A stretch of DNA of 51,544 bases from a virus. Lineage: Duplodnaviria > Caudoviricetes. Made by a program: the position numbers and the translations under genes. The notes beneath the pieces were generated by a model, which worked only from the letters and a program-made list of their open reading frames with translations, made no database searches and was not told the DNA's origin. The stretch lies in the IMG/VR virus record IMGVR_UViG_3300045996_001835, positions 1 to 51,544 of that record. The stretch is one strand, 5' to 3'. Of this stretch, positions 9,598-19,851 are shown piece after piece (the first letter of the stretch is position 1; each line of letters begins with the position of its first letter).

Positions 9598-9788
9598 TTC
9601 AAGAGCTTTTCAACGTCGGCGCGGAGGAATTTCACTAGTGGACGCTTGTGGGCGGTTTTTGAGGGGAGTTTCTTGAGTTCACCGCTTTTGATGCGGTTGT
9701 AGATCGATGCGCGGCACAGGCCAGTGATTTTCATGGCCTCCTGCATCGTAACCTCATCGGATTCGGCTTTTTTTGATTTGCTACTCAT
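9585..9788 (-). CDS. AlpA/Xis-like HTH regulator, probably leaderless
   Basis: VTMQEAMKITGLCRASIYNRIKSGEL; TACAAT lies 7 nt before the ATG. Confidence 0.75.
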   Translation of the reverse strand: MSSKSKKAESDEVTMQEAMKITGLCRASIYNRIKSGELKKLPSKTAHKRPLVKFLRADVEKLLNQPE

Positions 9789-9931
9789 GACTAGAATTGT
9801 AAGCAATATGGTCATAAAAGGCAAATTGGACCTGTTAGACACATTAGACACTATGATATACTGTCATCTAAGCGGTGGCAGCAAGACATGTCCCCGTCCT
9901 CGGCGATGAGACACGAGGGAAGGAACTTAAT

Positions 9932-10510
9932 ATGTATGTAAAAGCGATTGAAACCGAATATGACGGGCACAGGTTCCGAAGCAGGTCAGAGGCGCGGTGG
10001 GCGGTATTCTTCAACGCCCTCGGGGTGCCTTATGAGTACGAGAAGGAGGGGTTTGATCTTGAAGGAGTAGGGCGGTATCTACCTGATTTCTGGTTACCAG
10101 AACAGGATTTCTGGATTGAGATCAAGGGCAGTGAGCCTACAAGCGACGAAGGAGAACGTGCAAGTGCGTTGGCACGCGCCACCGGGAAAAGGGTCTTTGT
10201 CTTTTTCGGGGATATTCCTCAGTCCACTAAAGATAGTTGGGGTGGGGAGGATAGCGCACATCTTTATTGCACATTTCAGATCGAAGGTGAGAATGAGGTT
10301 GGATGGGACAGTTACTATTGCTGGTGCGAGTGTCCCCGGTGCGAGAAAGTAGGTATTGAATTCTCAGGTAGGTTTGAGCGCCTTTGCGATTGTGTTAGTG
10401 GTGACAAGGGACTGTGTAATTCTTTACGCATCCAGGCAGCTTACAAAGCTGCACGTTCTGCCCGCTTTGAACATGGCGAGACGCCGCAAATACCGGCGGT
10501 GGTTAGATGA
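9932..10510 (+). CDS. PD-(D/E)XK nuclease-family protein
   Basis: FRSRSEARWAVFF...YLPDFWLP...IEIKG. Confidence 0.8.
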   Translation: MYVKAIETEYDGHRFRSRSEARWAVFFNALGVPYEYEKEGFDLEGVGRYLPDFWLPEQDFWIEIKGSEPTSDEGERASALARATGKRVFVFFGDIPQSTKDSWGGEDSAHLYCTFQIEGENEVGWDSYYCWCECPRCEKVGIEFSGRFERLCDCVSGDKGLCNSLRIQAAYKAARSARFEHGETPQIPAVVR

Positions 10511-11568
10511 GTTTCAGAATAACCAAGCAGGTCTGGAAGCATCCGCACCTGACTAACCCGACCGACAAATTAGTGCTACTCTACCTAGCCGACATCGCGC
10601 GAGACGACGGCCATTGCTACCCTAGCATCGCGACCATCGCCGAGAATAGCAGCATGACGGAGAACGCCACCAGCGCGATAATTCACCGACTCGCAAAGGG
10701 TGGATACCTCACGATTATAAGTGGTGGTGGCAGAGGCAAGCCGAACGAATATCTCTTGCATGTCGATCAGGGTAAGGCCATCGAGAAGGGTAAGGCTCAT
10801 TCACCTAAACCCCCATCCTCGCGTGGGGTTTCTGACCTAAACCCCCATCCTCAAACCCCCTTTGATAAACCCCCTTTACGGACGGTAAACCCCCATCCTC
10901 AAACCCCCTTTATGGACGTTCCCTATAAGGAGAACCATAAGTTAGATATTAATAACCCATTAGATATAACGCGTGCGCAGGCGCGCGGCGCGGGTGTTAC
11001 AGAGGATTTAGACCCCCATCGGCCGTTCGACTTGGATGGCGGCGAAGACAGCCGATACCAGACCCCTCACTACCTGACCTTGCTGGAGATATGCGACCTA
11101 GACGAGCGTGTCCTCGGTCATAGCATGAGGTTCAAAGCTACGGTTGCCTCCATCGCCGTAGACCTCGCCAAGATTTACACCGTCGAGCAGATGCGAAGAG
11201 CGAGGGCCGTGTGGCCCTACGACAACGCACCGACCCCGGCGCATTTTTCTAGAGAGATCAAACGACTGTTGAACCAGAAGGAGAAGGTTAGTGAGCGAGC
11301 ATCGCCAAGAAATCGAGAGGAACAACGAGACGCTACGAGCGCTGCACTCAAACGGCGCATCAACGGCGCGCTCAAACAGCACATGGGAACAGCCGGAGGA
11401 CAACCTGCCTCCCCTGACGAAGGCGGAATCGGCATGGCTGGTGATGGTGAACGACTTGCGCAATGCGTATCCAACATCCGATATCGCGAAAATCTCATTT
11501 TTGGAGATCGAGGATATTGCCCGGAGTTGGGCTCGGATTCTCGCGGCGGTTCCTATCGAACGCATTAG
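10507..11568 (+). CDS. Phage replication initiator (lambda O-like, N-terminal wHTH)
   Basis: KLVLLYLAD...CYPSIATIAE...IHRLAKGGYL...NEYLL; internal iterons. Confidence 0.85.
   Translation: MSFRITKQVWKHPHLTNPTDKLVLLYLADIARDDGHCYPSIATIAENSSMTENATSAIIHRLAKGGYLTIISGGGRGKPNEYLLHVDQGKAIEKGKAHSPKPPSSRGVSDLNPHPQTPFDKPPLRTVNPHPQTPFMDVPYKENHKLDINNPLDITRAQARGAGVTEDLDPHRPFDLDGGEDSRYQTPHYLTLLEICDLDERVLGHSMRFKATVASIAVDLAKIYTVEQMRRARAVWPYDNAPTPAHFSREIKRLLNQKEKVSERASPRNREEQRDATSAALKRRINGALKQHMGTAGGQPASPDEGGIGMAGDGERLAQCVSNIRYRENLIFGDRGYCPELGSDSRGGSYRTH
10806..10911 (+). repeat. Iterons of the putative lytic origin
   Basis: TAAACCCCCATCCTC at 10806, 10838, 10886; AAACCCCCTTT at 10853, 10867, 10901. Confidence 0.85.
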
Positions 11569-12184
11569 CGACGTGTACCACGCGACTGTCATTGGCTCGA
11601 AATACCCGCCGACTCCCGCCGACTTCGCCGAAACATGGGCGACTATTTTCAGCGATGAGCAGCGCGTCGAAAAGCAGGGCGAGTGGAAGCGCCATGACGA
11701 AAACGTGCGAGCACTCCCGGTACCAACCGACGGCCCTGGCTTGCGCGTTCACGCGCTACTCACGGCTCGCAAAGGCAACGCGATTGTTTGCAACTGCCCG
11801 CCGAAAAACGGCTACGAATGGCCCGCACGTCTCACAGCGGACGGCGCGGGTTGGGAGTGTCAGCAAAGGACGTCGTGTGGCTTCTGGTTGCCGGTCGAAG
11901 ATATGCCGGACGCTAGGGTACCGGAGAATCGCGGTCGCGTCGGCTTGGAGAGTGAGACCGTGGCGAAATTCAAGCCGCAGGAGCCAAAGGGTTTGTCAAT
12001 GGCCGCCGACGACTGCAACGTGTCGCTCGACGCCATGACCCCACAGCAATACATGGATTTCAAGAATTTCTACAAGTGGTGGCGCGAGCACTACGAGTGC
12101 CGACTTTCACCCGAACTGCTCGCCGAGCATTGGCCGAAATACGCCGCAACTCACAAAACGCTGACCGCACCTGAAAAGCTTTGA
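11291..12184 (+). CDS. Hypothetical replication-module protein overlapping the initiator 3' end
   Basis: GTG after GGAGAAGG; YPPTPADF motif resembles helicase loader/inhibitor-type partners; Cys pairs. Confidence 0.6.
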   Translation: MSEHRQEIERNNETLRALHSNGASTARSNSTWEQPEDNLPPLTKAESAWLVMVNDLRNAYPTSDIAKISFLEIEDIARSWARILAAVPIERISDVYHATVIGSKYPPTPADFAETWATIFSDEQRVEKQGEWKRHDENVRALPVPTDGPGLRVHALLTARKGNAIVCNCPPKNGYEWPARLTADGAGWECQQRTSCGFWLPVEDMPDARVPENRGRVGLESETVAKFKPQEPKGLSMAADDCNVSLDAMTPQQYMDFKNFYKWWREHYECRLSPELLAEHWPKYAATHKTLTAPEKL

Positions 12185-12200
12185 CCTGGAGGATCGAACA

Positions 12201-14684
12201 ATGAGCACAAACATAACCGACGTATCCCGGCGCATCGCCTGGAAGTGGGGACTGCCCGCCGCTGAAGTGCAAGAGCAATACGACAAAGACAACCGCTACT
12301 GCACTTCCTGCCGTCGCTGGGTAAACCGCCTGGAGATTGCAGTCTCGACTCTTCAGTGCCCGGACTGCGTAGGCAACAGCCGGTCCACGCGAACCGAGCA
12401 ACACGGTATCCGCCGAGCTGCACAGCGCGCCCGCGAACGCTACGAAGCGAAACGACAGACGCAAACCACGCCGTAAAGGGCTTTAAGGGGAAATATCATG
12501 TTTTGCCCAAATGACCTTAGGCCGTGTATTGATGACCTCTGCCACATGGGCGGCTGTCTTCGCTCAGGCACGTGCGAACCGATGGTATCCAGGTGCTTGG
12601 ATTGTGGAGAGCCTACCGAATCGGCCTATGCGACTCACTGCGACGATTGCTTACGCGACCACTATGCCAACGACGAAGAATAACGGGCCTAGAAGCGCCA
12701 CAGAGCGTTCCAAGGGTCCACGACTACCTAAAACAAGAGAACCTGCCCTCAGCGTCAAGATTTGGGGCCATAGCGACGAAAATAAACGACTAGACACCCC
12801 CGTTCTGCGGCCACAGAGTGAGTGTGGGGAGAGAAGGAGAGAGATTATGTGTGAATACATGGGATACGAATTTGGAGCGGGTAGCTACCCCGACTCAGTT
12901 TGCATTGACGGCTATTTGTGGGACGCCGATAGTGGCAGTGGTGATGGCCTGACTGTTGGCGGGGAAAAGCCCTGCCCGGAATGTAATCACGAGTCCTGGC
13001 TTCAATATGGGCTCGACAGTGTTGAAGAAGAGGGCGCTATCGCCGCCGCCCATAAGATGCCTCGCGAAAGTCCGTACTCAAACTCCGAGAAAAAATTGCG
13101 CTATGAAGCCGACCGGCCTACTTTAATCGCAGCCTGGCTAAAGGGTTATGACAGCGAAAAATCTAATCAACTTCTGGAGCAACAATGACACAACCAACCG
13201 AAAACCTGCCCCTGCTGCGACAGGTGGCAACAGCAGAAGGCTATACGATTATCTCCAATAACACGTCAACGCCCGAAGTTGTGAAGGCTTATAACGCCAG
13301 TGGTGGCAAATTACTACTGGAGTGCGAGCGGGACTTTTGTATTGTCGAATGGATAGATGCAGACCGGCAGCCCGTAATACTGCACTACTATTCTCCGCAC
13401 CTAGACCGCAATCATGTGGCTCGGCTGATGGAGAAGTGGCTGGCGACTCGAAAGCAGAAAGAGGCATTTATCAATGCCCTGATTAACGAGCTTTTGACGG
13501 CCGGGGATTTCGGCCCATTTGCAGCGGATGAGTTCGCCCTTGTATCGGCCCCACCCGAAACGTATCTCACGGCGCTCCTGGCTGTGGTCGGGGAAGGAGA
13601 GACATCGTGAAGCCAGTCATGCAAACGCAGTTCACATCGAAAGACCAATCGGTTCACGGCAACTGCTTCGCCGCTTGCGTGGCATCCCTGCTTGAATTGC
13701 CGCTTGAAGCGATGCCGTCATTTCTTAGCGAGGATTGGTGCAGTAATCTGTTCAGCCTTTTGAAGGAGCATGGTTATGATTTCGGCGGTTCGTTCTACCC
13801 AGAGGGTGCCGACTGGTGGCCGCGCTTGCAGGCACTCAGCCCCGGCGTTGACGGTTACTACATCGCTGGCGGGCCATCGCCTCGTGAATGGGTCAAACGT
13901 GGTCATGCGGTGATTTACAAAGACGGAGTGATGGTGCATGACCCTCACCCGAGTGGTGCAGGGATTTTGAGCGTGGGGCACGTGCTGATGATTGAAAAGG
14001 AAGGAGAGAACGATGGACGGTAAATGGTTACGTGGGGCGTTTCAGGGCGGTATCCGGCATTGCTTTAAAACAACGTCTGGAATTTCTCTGTGCGGTGGGT
14101 TTCAGGCCAATCCGGTTGTTGTTGGAGTTCTCGGCACAGACGACCCGCCGCTACCTGAATCGAATAACTGCCGCGAATGTTTAGCAGCGCGGGAAAAGAA
14201 GGAAGGTAAAGAATGAACGAAGAATTTGACCATGAAGGAACAGACGCTATTGTTTGTCCGCACTGCGGTCACGAACACCCGGACAGTTGGGAAGTATCCG
14301 GGCGCTTTGATGCCGGGCAACGTCGGTGTGGGCAGTGCAATGGCCTGTATCGGTGGGAGCGAGAAATCATAACCACCTACACGACCACTGCGCAGTTTAC
14401 GAGCGAGGAATTGGCAGCGCGGGAGCGGAAGGAGAATCATGTCGCAGGTTAAACAATGCCTTACGATCTCAGTGCCTATCGTAGATACGTTACTGAAAGG
14501 CGAACGGGTTGCTTTTGCCGAGGCGGTCAATGTCGCACTTAAAGAACACGGTGTCCCTGACGGCACGCCTGTTCAAGTCGATGTAATACCGCGCAAATAT
14601 GACTTTGAGGTGACGGCAACGTGGTCCCCGCAAGACGCTAATGCTCTGGCAGCGCGGGAGCGGAAGGAGAAAGAGAATGGATGA
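12201..14684 (+). other. Run of small coupled hypothetical genes (12201-12476, 12498-12683, 12847-13188, 13185-13610, 13607-14023, 14013-14216, 14213-14452, 14439-14684), many Cys-rich
   Basis: Overlapping start/stop junctions and RBSs; 13607-14023 has GNCFAAC...HAVI...HDP (papain-like triad pattern). Confidence 0.7.
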
Positions 14685-15063
14685 ATTGAAACCGTGTCCG
14701 TTCGCCAAGTGCGGCGGCAAAGCACAGAATGTTTACGACAGGGAATTCCAATGCTGGAACGTCGAGTGTCGAAAGTGCTGGCTTAAATCAATTGACTGCG
14801 AGACAGCCGAAGCGGCAGCGGCTTGGTGGAATGACCGCACAGAACCTGCGGCTTCTTCTCCAGCCATTGCCCCGGCGACAGAAGAGAAGCCTAAGACTCT
14901 CGAAGATGCGGGGTGGGTGCCTATCGAGGATGGTTTGCCGCCGGTCGGGCTGACAGTGCAAGCCATTGTGGAGGGGAAAACCCGTACTGCGCATCGCACT
15001 TACTTAGGGTGGACGACTTCGCCGCATCCAACGCACTGGAAAAGCCTATGGGCAGACGGTTAA
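14677..15063 (+). CDS. Lar-like (restriction alleviation) zinc-finger protein with DUF551-like C-terminus
   Basis: LKPCPF..CGG...VECRKC...AAAWWNDR; WVPIEDGLPP...PTHW. Confidence 0.75.
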   Translation: MDELKPCPFAKCGGKAQNVYDREFQCWNVECRKCWLKSIDCETAEAAAAWWNDRTEPAASSPAIAPATEEKPKTLEDAGWVPIEDGLPPVGLTVQAIVEGKTRTAHRTYLGWTTSPHPTHWKSLWADG

Positions 15064-15101
15064 GGCCGGTCACACCTACGACTGAACAAAAGGAAAATGA
15101 A

Positions 15102-15569
15102 ATGACTATCGTTGATTTTAGGGTTGCCGGGATACCTAAACCGGCAGGAAGTAAACGGGCTTTTGTTTCTAAGAAGGGAAAGCTGATTGTAACGGATGAT
15201 AGCGGGCAAGTCGGCAAAGACTGGCGCGGAGACGTGAAGTCTGCGGCCCTCAAGGCGTACGACGGTGAGCCAGTATCGGGTCCGCTCGTATTGTTTCTGG
15301 AGTTCTATTTTCCACGCCCAAAAGGGCATTACGGCAGTGGAAAGAACGAGAACGTGATTCGCGACTTAGCGCCGAAGTATCCGACAGTGAAGCCCGACCT
15401 CACTAAAATAACCCGTTCCGTTGAAGACGCCTTAACCGGTATTGTCTGGAACGACGATGCAATGATCGTTATCCAAGACCTGCGCAAGTACTACTGCGAC
15501 GAGAACAATCCGCAGCCCGGTGTTCGGGTCCGTGTTGGGCATACGGCAGATAAGTGGGTGAAGGGATGA
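15102..15569 (+). CDS. rusA: RusA Holliday junction resolvase
   Basis: GIPKPAGS; KPDLTKITRSVEDALTGIVWNDDAMIV. Confidence 0.9.
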   Translation: MTIVDFRVAGIPKPAGSKRAFVSKKGKLIVTDDSGQVGKDWRGDVKSAALKAYDGEPVSGPLVLFLEFYFPRPKGHYGSGKNENVIRDLAPKYPTVKPDLTKITRSVEDALTGIVWNDDAMIVIQDLRKYYCDENNPQPGVRVRVGHTADKWVKG

Positions 15570-15949
15570 ACAAACCAACTTTAGACCTCGAACCAATCAA
15601 AGCGCGGGCAGGGAAGGCGACGGAGGGGCCGTGGAGGTGGCTCGGCCGTCTGGTGCTCGCGGGTGAGCGTGGTGTCACCGTTGTAAGTGGCTGGAAGCCG
15701 CTCGAAGGATGGTTTGACAACTGCCATCCGAACTTAGAATTCATCGCCAACTCTCGCACCGACATCCCGGCGCTGGTGGCTGAGGTGGAGAGGTTGAGGG
15801 CGGTGATGGATGAGATTGCGGCAATGAGTTCTGGAGTAAGCGACCGTTGCTTGGGCCTGGGCCTCCACAGCTCATGGGCAGTCGTCACGAGCGCCCTTGC
15901 GGCTATTCACCAACATGCGAGGGTCGAAGGGGAGGGGGGAGAATCGTGA
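15566..15949 (+). CDS. Ead/Ea22-like phage protein
   Basis: KATEGPW...FIANSRTDIPALVAEVERLR. Confidence 0.65.
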   Translation: MNKPTLDLEPIKARAGKATEGPWRWLGRLVLAGERGVTVVSGWKPLEGWFDNCHPNLEFIANSRTDIPALVAEVERLRAVMDEIAAMSSGVSDRCLGLGLHSSWAVVTSALAAIHQHARVEGEGGES

Positions 15950-16165
15950 AGAAATTATTTGCTGTTTCGGGCGCAGTTGTGCGGCATGATAAAAAGAGCC
16001 CTGGAATTCTTATCGAGATGATGCATGATTTGGTATTCATCTGGGCGGTATCCAAGGCCGAGGCGAAGGGCTTGGTTATTGATACCTTCAAGGAGCAATA
16101 CCCGGAGAGGGACGGATGGGCTTACCATCACCTAGTGGCACTAGAAGCACCGGAGGCTACCCGAA

Positions 16166-16402
16166 ATGCCTAACCTACCCCCCATAACCGACAATCGTCC
16201 TTTCTGGGATGCCGCTTACTTCGCCGCACGCTACGGTATTTCGAGCGGTGCTGTCCATCACCACATGCGGAGCTTTCTCGGGCGATTTCGCAAAGGCAAG
16301 AGAAGAAAAATCACCTTTGAACAGGCGTTGAAACTGGATGCCTATATCAGAGAAGTGCGTCAAAAACCGGATTCCAAGAGCGGATTGTGGAAAAGGTTTT
16401 GA
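16166..16402 (+). CDS. Small basic HTH-like protein (possible late regulator)
   Basis: WDAAYFAARYGISSGAVHHHM; last gene before the AT-rich promoter region. Confidence 0.55.
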   Translation: MPNLPPITDNRPFWDAAYFAARYGISSGAVHHHMRSFLGRFRKGKRRKITFEQALKLDAYIREVRQKPDSKSGLWKRF

Positions 16403-16594
16403 ATAGTTATTTCATAGTTGCATGAATTGCTAGTAATTGACGCGATTTTTATTTGCTGATGGGTATACTTTAAGAAGTGTAGTAGCACCCCACCGAGCAG
16501 TGGACAGAATTTAGCAGGACCGCCGTAGACGAAACCGGAGGTGGTTCATCATGCGTAAATAACAGAACCACAATTAGTGCTTTGCAAAAGTAAG

Positions 16595-16666
16595 TTCTCA
16601 CAAGCTCATAGGCTGAGCGTCGCAGCGTTGCGGAGGATGCAGGTTCGAGTCCTGCGGTGAGAATCA
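16595..16666 (+). tRNA. tRNA-like element with truncated anticodon loop
   Basis: Acceptor TTCTCAC/GTGAGAA, D-arm GCTC..GAGC, T-arm GCAGG-TTCGAGT-CCTGC; anticodon arm TCGCA-GCGT-TGCGG has only a 4-nt loop; no CCA. Confidence 0.65.
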
Positions 16667-16668
16667 AT

Positions 16669-16940
16669 GGCTGGAGTTCCCCGCCCGAATTTCAGCCGTA
16701 GTCCGCCCCGCTCGGTTCCAGCCGAGTAGGGTAGGGCGAACGACCCCGCCACACGCGAGAGGTGTGGAAGTGATGCAGAGATGTGTTGCGAATGACGTGC
16801 AGCAGTAGGGATAGACCTGCCCGGTAGATTGACGTAAAGCGCCGTCTGGGGCCCTCAGGGAACCGCCGTAAGGCTAAGGGACGGAGATGCATCCGGGCCG
16901 TAAACGCGGAAGCCGTGAGAATCGGCCTGCACGTCTTTTT
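16669..16940 (+). ncRNA. Structured RNA including a second cloverleaf (16794-16935) with a large insertion in the anticodon arm
   Basis: GACGTGCAG/CTGCACGTC closing stem plus T5; GNRA-capped hairpins with G-U pairs on the plus strand. Confidence 0.55.
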
Positions 16941-17170
16941 AAAAATCTTATGAGCATCACACCGAAACAACCTGACCCGAATATCAGCCGCAGCGAAAGT
17001 GGCTTGCAGCGGGTGGTGGAGCAAGGCAGGCGAGGCAAGAGGTCATTCAGCCTGCCACGGATTGAGATGTTGGGATTGCAGGGCAGACGACTGGACAGGC
17101 TTCGGGCGACACAGGACAAAATGCAGGACATTCGCCCTGACACAGACGGCACCTGCTACCGGGAGGAAGA

Positions 17171-17275
17171 GTGACCTACATCGACTGGATGGCTCTTGTC
17201 CTTTTGGTGCTGATGGCCCTAGGCACCGCGCAATTTATCGCGCTGTCCATTATCGACTCGGAGGACGACCTGTGA
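17171..17275 (+). CDS. 34-aa membrane micro-protein
   Basis: GGGAGGAAGA-GTG; MTYIDWMALVLLVLMALGTAQFIALSIIDSEDDL. Confidence 0.55.
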   Translation: MTYIDWMALVLLVLMALGTAQFIALSIIDSEDDL

Positions 17276-17330
17276 TTGCAACAGCCTACGATTACAAGTG
17301 CACAGACGGCACCTGTTCCCGGGAGGGAGT

Positions 17331-18912
17331 GTGAGCGCCTTAAGTGAATTCCAGGCACGGTGCGAAATGGAAAGCCGCGAGCAAGAGGCGACCCTAGCCT
17401 TGATGAAAAAGGATGCGGCGGACTTCGAAGCGCGTCAGGCAATGGCCCCGAAGGTGAACCCGCTGGACTATGCTGAGCCGTGGTGCCACGCTGATTGCGA
17501 TGGAGATTGTATCTGGACGCAGTGTCCACAGACACGAGACAATGAGCCAGCGACGTTTGGCAGACACTGTCCGCTAGACCTACTTATCAGCGAGCTGGAT
17601 TAAGGAGAAATTATGTCAGTAAGAGCAAAATTTAAAGTCAATTCAATCGAGAATAGCTGTGACCACTCTGGCGCGACGGTGGCCAACATCAAGCTTTCAG
17701 CGGTCTACGGTAACGATGACCCTGAAAGCGAAAACTCGAAGTTTTGGCGGTGGACCCCAAACGGCCAACTGGTGATGGCTTGCTTAAACCCTGAGGCCGT
17801 CAAGCAGTTTGAGCTAGGTAAGTCATATTACCTTGACTTTACGCCAGTTGACTGACCATGCCTGATAGCCTCTCCGAACTCGAACGGGCAGTTGAATCGC
17901 TGTGCCGTCATGACGAATGGCTGGGGCAAAGAGAGATGGAGTCAGGAAGCTATAGCCGGGTTCGAGAGCACTGTCCGAGGCTGTGCGGTGCAACGATGGT
18001 GATTCAGAACGACGAAGGGTATTACTGCGAGGGGTGTAACCGGCAACTAAGCCGGTGGGAGATTGATTACTGATGAGTAACGAGCCGAAGCAAAAGATTA
18101 CTATCGTGGAAATTCACGACCGAGGCATCGCTGTAATTTCGGACGGGGAAATTATCGCCAGAGGCGGGGAAATTTACTCCGACGAACTTTTGAAAAATCT
18201 GGGGTACGACGTCCAGGTAAAACTCGTTGATGCCAAGGAGTTAAGCGAAGACGACCTTTCGCCCTTACGGGATGATGTTTTTCTTCGCCTGGCTGGAGAT
18301 TGATTGCAGATGGCACTAGATACAACGTCTCGAAGAACGATAAAGGCAAGTCGAGATGATTGGGGCCGGTTTCTGGAGTACCTGACCGACACCCCAGAAG
18401 TGTATTGGGCTAATCAAAGTTTGTGCGATGCTGTGTCAGAGGCAATAGCTCCCTACTGTGGAGTTGTGACTCCAGGCAATCCGCAAATCAGCATTGAGAT
18501 GTCTGAGGATGATGCAAAAATGGCGGCAGCGTGGCTGCACGTTCCAGCTGCATGAGTTGGCAAGGTGGGAGATTGAGGGGCTATGAACGAGCTTGCGGAA
18601 CTGTATCGAGAATATGTTGGGCGGGAGCCTGCCGCACCCGATGCACTCTCGCGGCTCTTGGATGAGGCATTTCTAGCCGATTTTGAACCGGAGGATTTGC
18701 CTTACCTCAAGGACTTTTTAGCGACATGCGACTTTCTGAGCGAGCGCATTGCCCACCACGCGGAGAGTCTGCCGATATTCCGGCACCCTGCCATTTTGAT
18801 AGTTTATGATGCCGCGCAGGATGAGCCGTATTGCGCGAGGCAGAAATGGCCGTTGACACCTGACGAGCTGAGTCCGGTATTTGTGGATCTGGGGATAAAT
18901 CCGAATTGGTAG
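17331..18912 (+). other. Run of small hypothetical genes (17331-17603, 17613-17855, 17858-18073, 18073-18303, 18310-18555, 18583-18912)
   Basis: Closely packed ORFs with RBSs; 17613-17855 (MSVRAKFKV...TPNGQL...YYLDFTP) resembles a common phage hypothetical protein. Confidence 0.65.
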
Positions 18913-18920
18913 GAGAACCT

Positions 18921-19208
18921 ATGAGCGAATCATTCAACAAACGTTCCATTGTCCTCACAGTCTGCCTGTGCGCCCTCCTGGTGACTGCCACCTATTGTGC
19001 TGCGGCACTGATGGGCCTTGAAATCCCCGACAAACTAGACGCCTTCGCTGTAGGTCTCGTTATCGGTTTGATTGGTCTGCTGGGTAGGACCGGGACGCAG
19101 GCTGAGGACAATGGCAGGCCGAACCTGATGACGCGAGCTAGTGATAAGCCGATTAAAACCGAAGTCGTGAATACCGAGAAGAACCCGGTACCTGTGGAGG
19201 ACAAATAA
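18921..19208 (+). CDS. Putative holin
   Basis: Two transmembrane helices plus charged tail, near the endolysin candidate. Confidence 0.5.
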   Translation: MSESFNKRSIVLTVCLCALLVTATYCAAALMGLEIPDKLDAFAVGLVIGLIGLLGRTGTQAEDNGRPNLMTRASDKPIKTEVVNTEKNPVPVEDK

Positions 19209-19401
19209 CTGTGTTGAAGTTGCTGAAATATATCAAATACGTCGAGTTGTTCGAAAACCTGAAAGGCATGTTCCGCTTCATAGACAATGGTGTAGTGGAT
19301 TCTGAGTATGTGGCGACTGCCTACCTGAAAAAGGACGGCAAAGAGTTCGAGATTAAGACACATACGACGCGTATCCGGTAAATAGGGGTGACGCTACGAT
19401 T

Positions 19402-19851
19402 ATGCCGCTCACTTTGATGCCTTGCAGCCTCATGGAATCCAACGCCTATGTGCGGGAAAACCACCGCAATCATGGCGAGGTGAGAGGGCAGAAGTTTTCG
19501 AATAGTGTGTATTTGGACGACAAGCTTGTTGGGGTTGCAATAGTAGGTCGTCCGGTGGCTAGAAATCGAGATGATGGAAGAACAGCGGAAATTTATCGAT
19601 GCTGCACCGATGGTACGAAAAACGCTTGCACCAAGCTTTACGGCGGATGTGCCCGAGCTGCGGAGGGGATGGGGTACACGAAGATCATAACCTACACCCT
19701 GATAACTGAAGATGGAGCCAGTCTCCGAGCTGCTGGATTTCGCTGCATTGGAATTAATAAAGGCGGCGAGTGGGATCGGCCATCGCGTAAAAGGAAGCTG
19801 GCAGAACAGCCTTGTCCTAAGAAGATTTGGCTCAGGGATTTACGACCATGA
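19402..19851 (+). CDS. XF1762-like protein (GNAT/Mom-like fold suspected)
   Basis: VGVAIVGRPVAR..DDG.TAEI.R.CTDGTKNAC..LYG...ITYTL..E.GASLRAAGF. Confidence 0.7.
   Translation: MPLTLMPCSLMESNAYVRENHRNHGEVRGQKFSNSVYLDDKLVGVAIVGRPVARNRDDGRTAEIYRCCTDGTKNACTKLYGGCARAAEGMGYTKIITYTLITEDGASLRAAGFRCIGINKGGEWDRPSRKRKLAEQPCPKKIWLRDLRP

Noticed and set aside
16842-16884. GGCTAAGGGA resembling the HDV ribozyme J4/2 strand
   Set aside because: Could not build the P1/P3 nested pseudoknot
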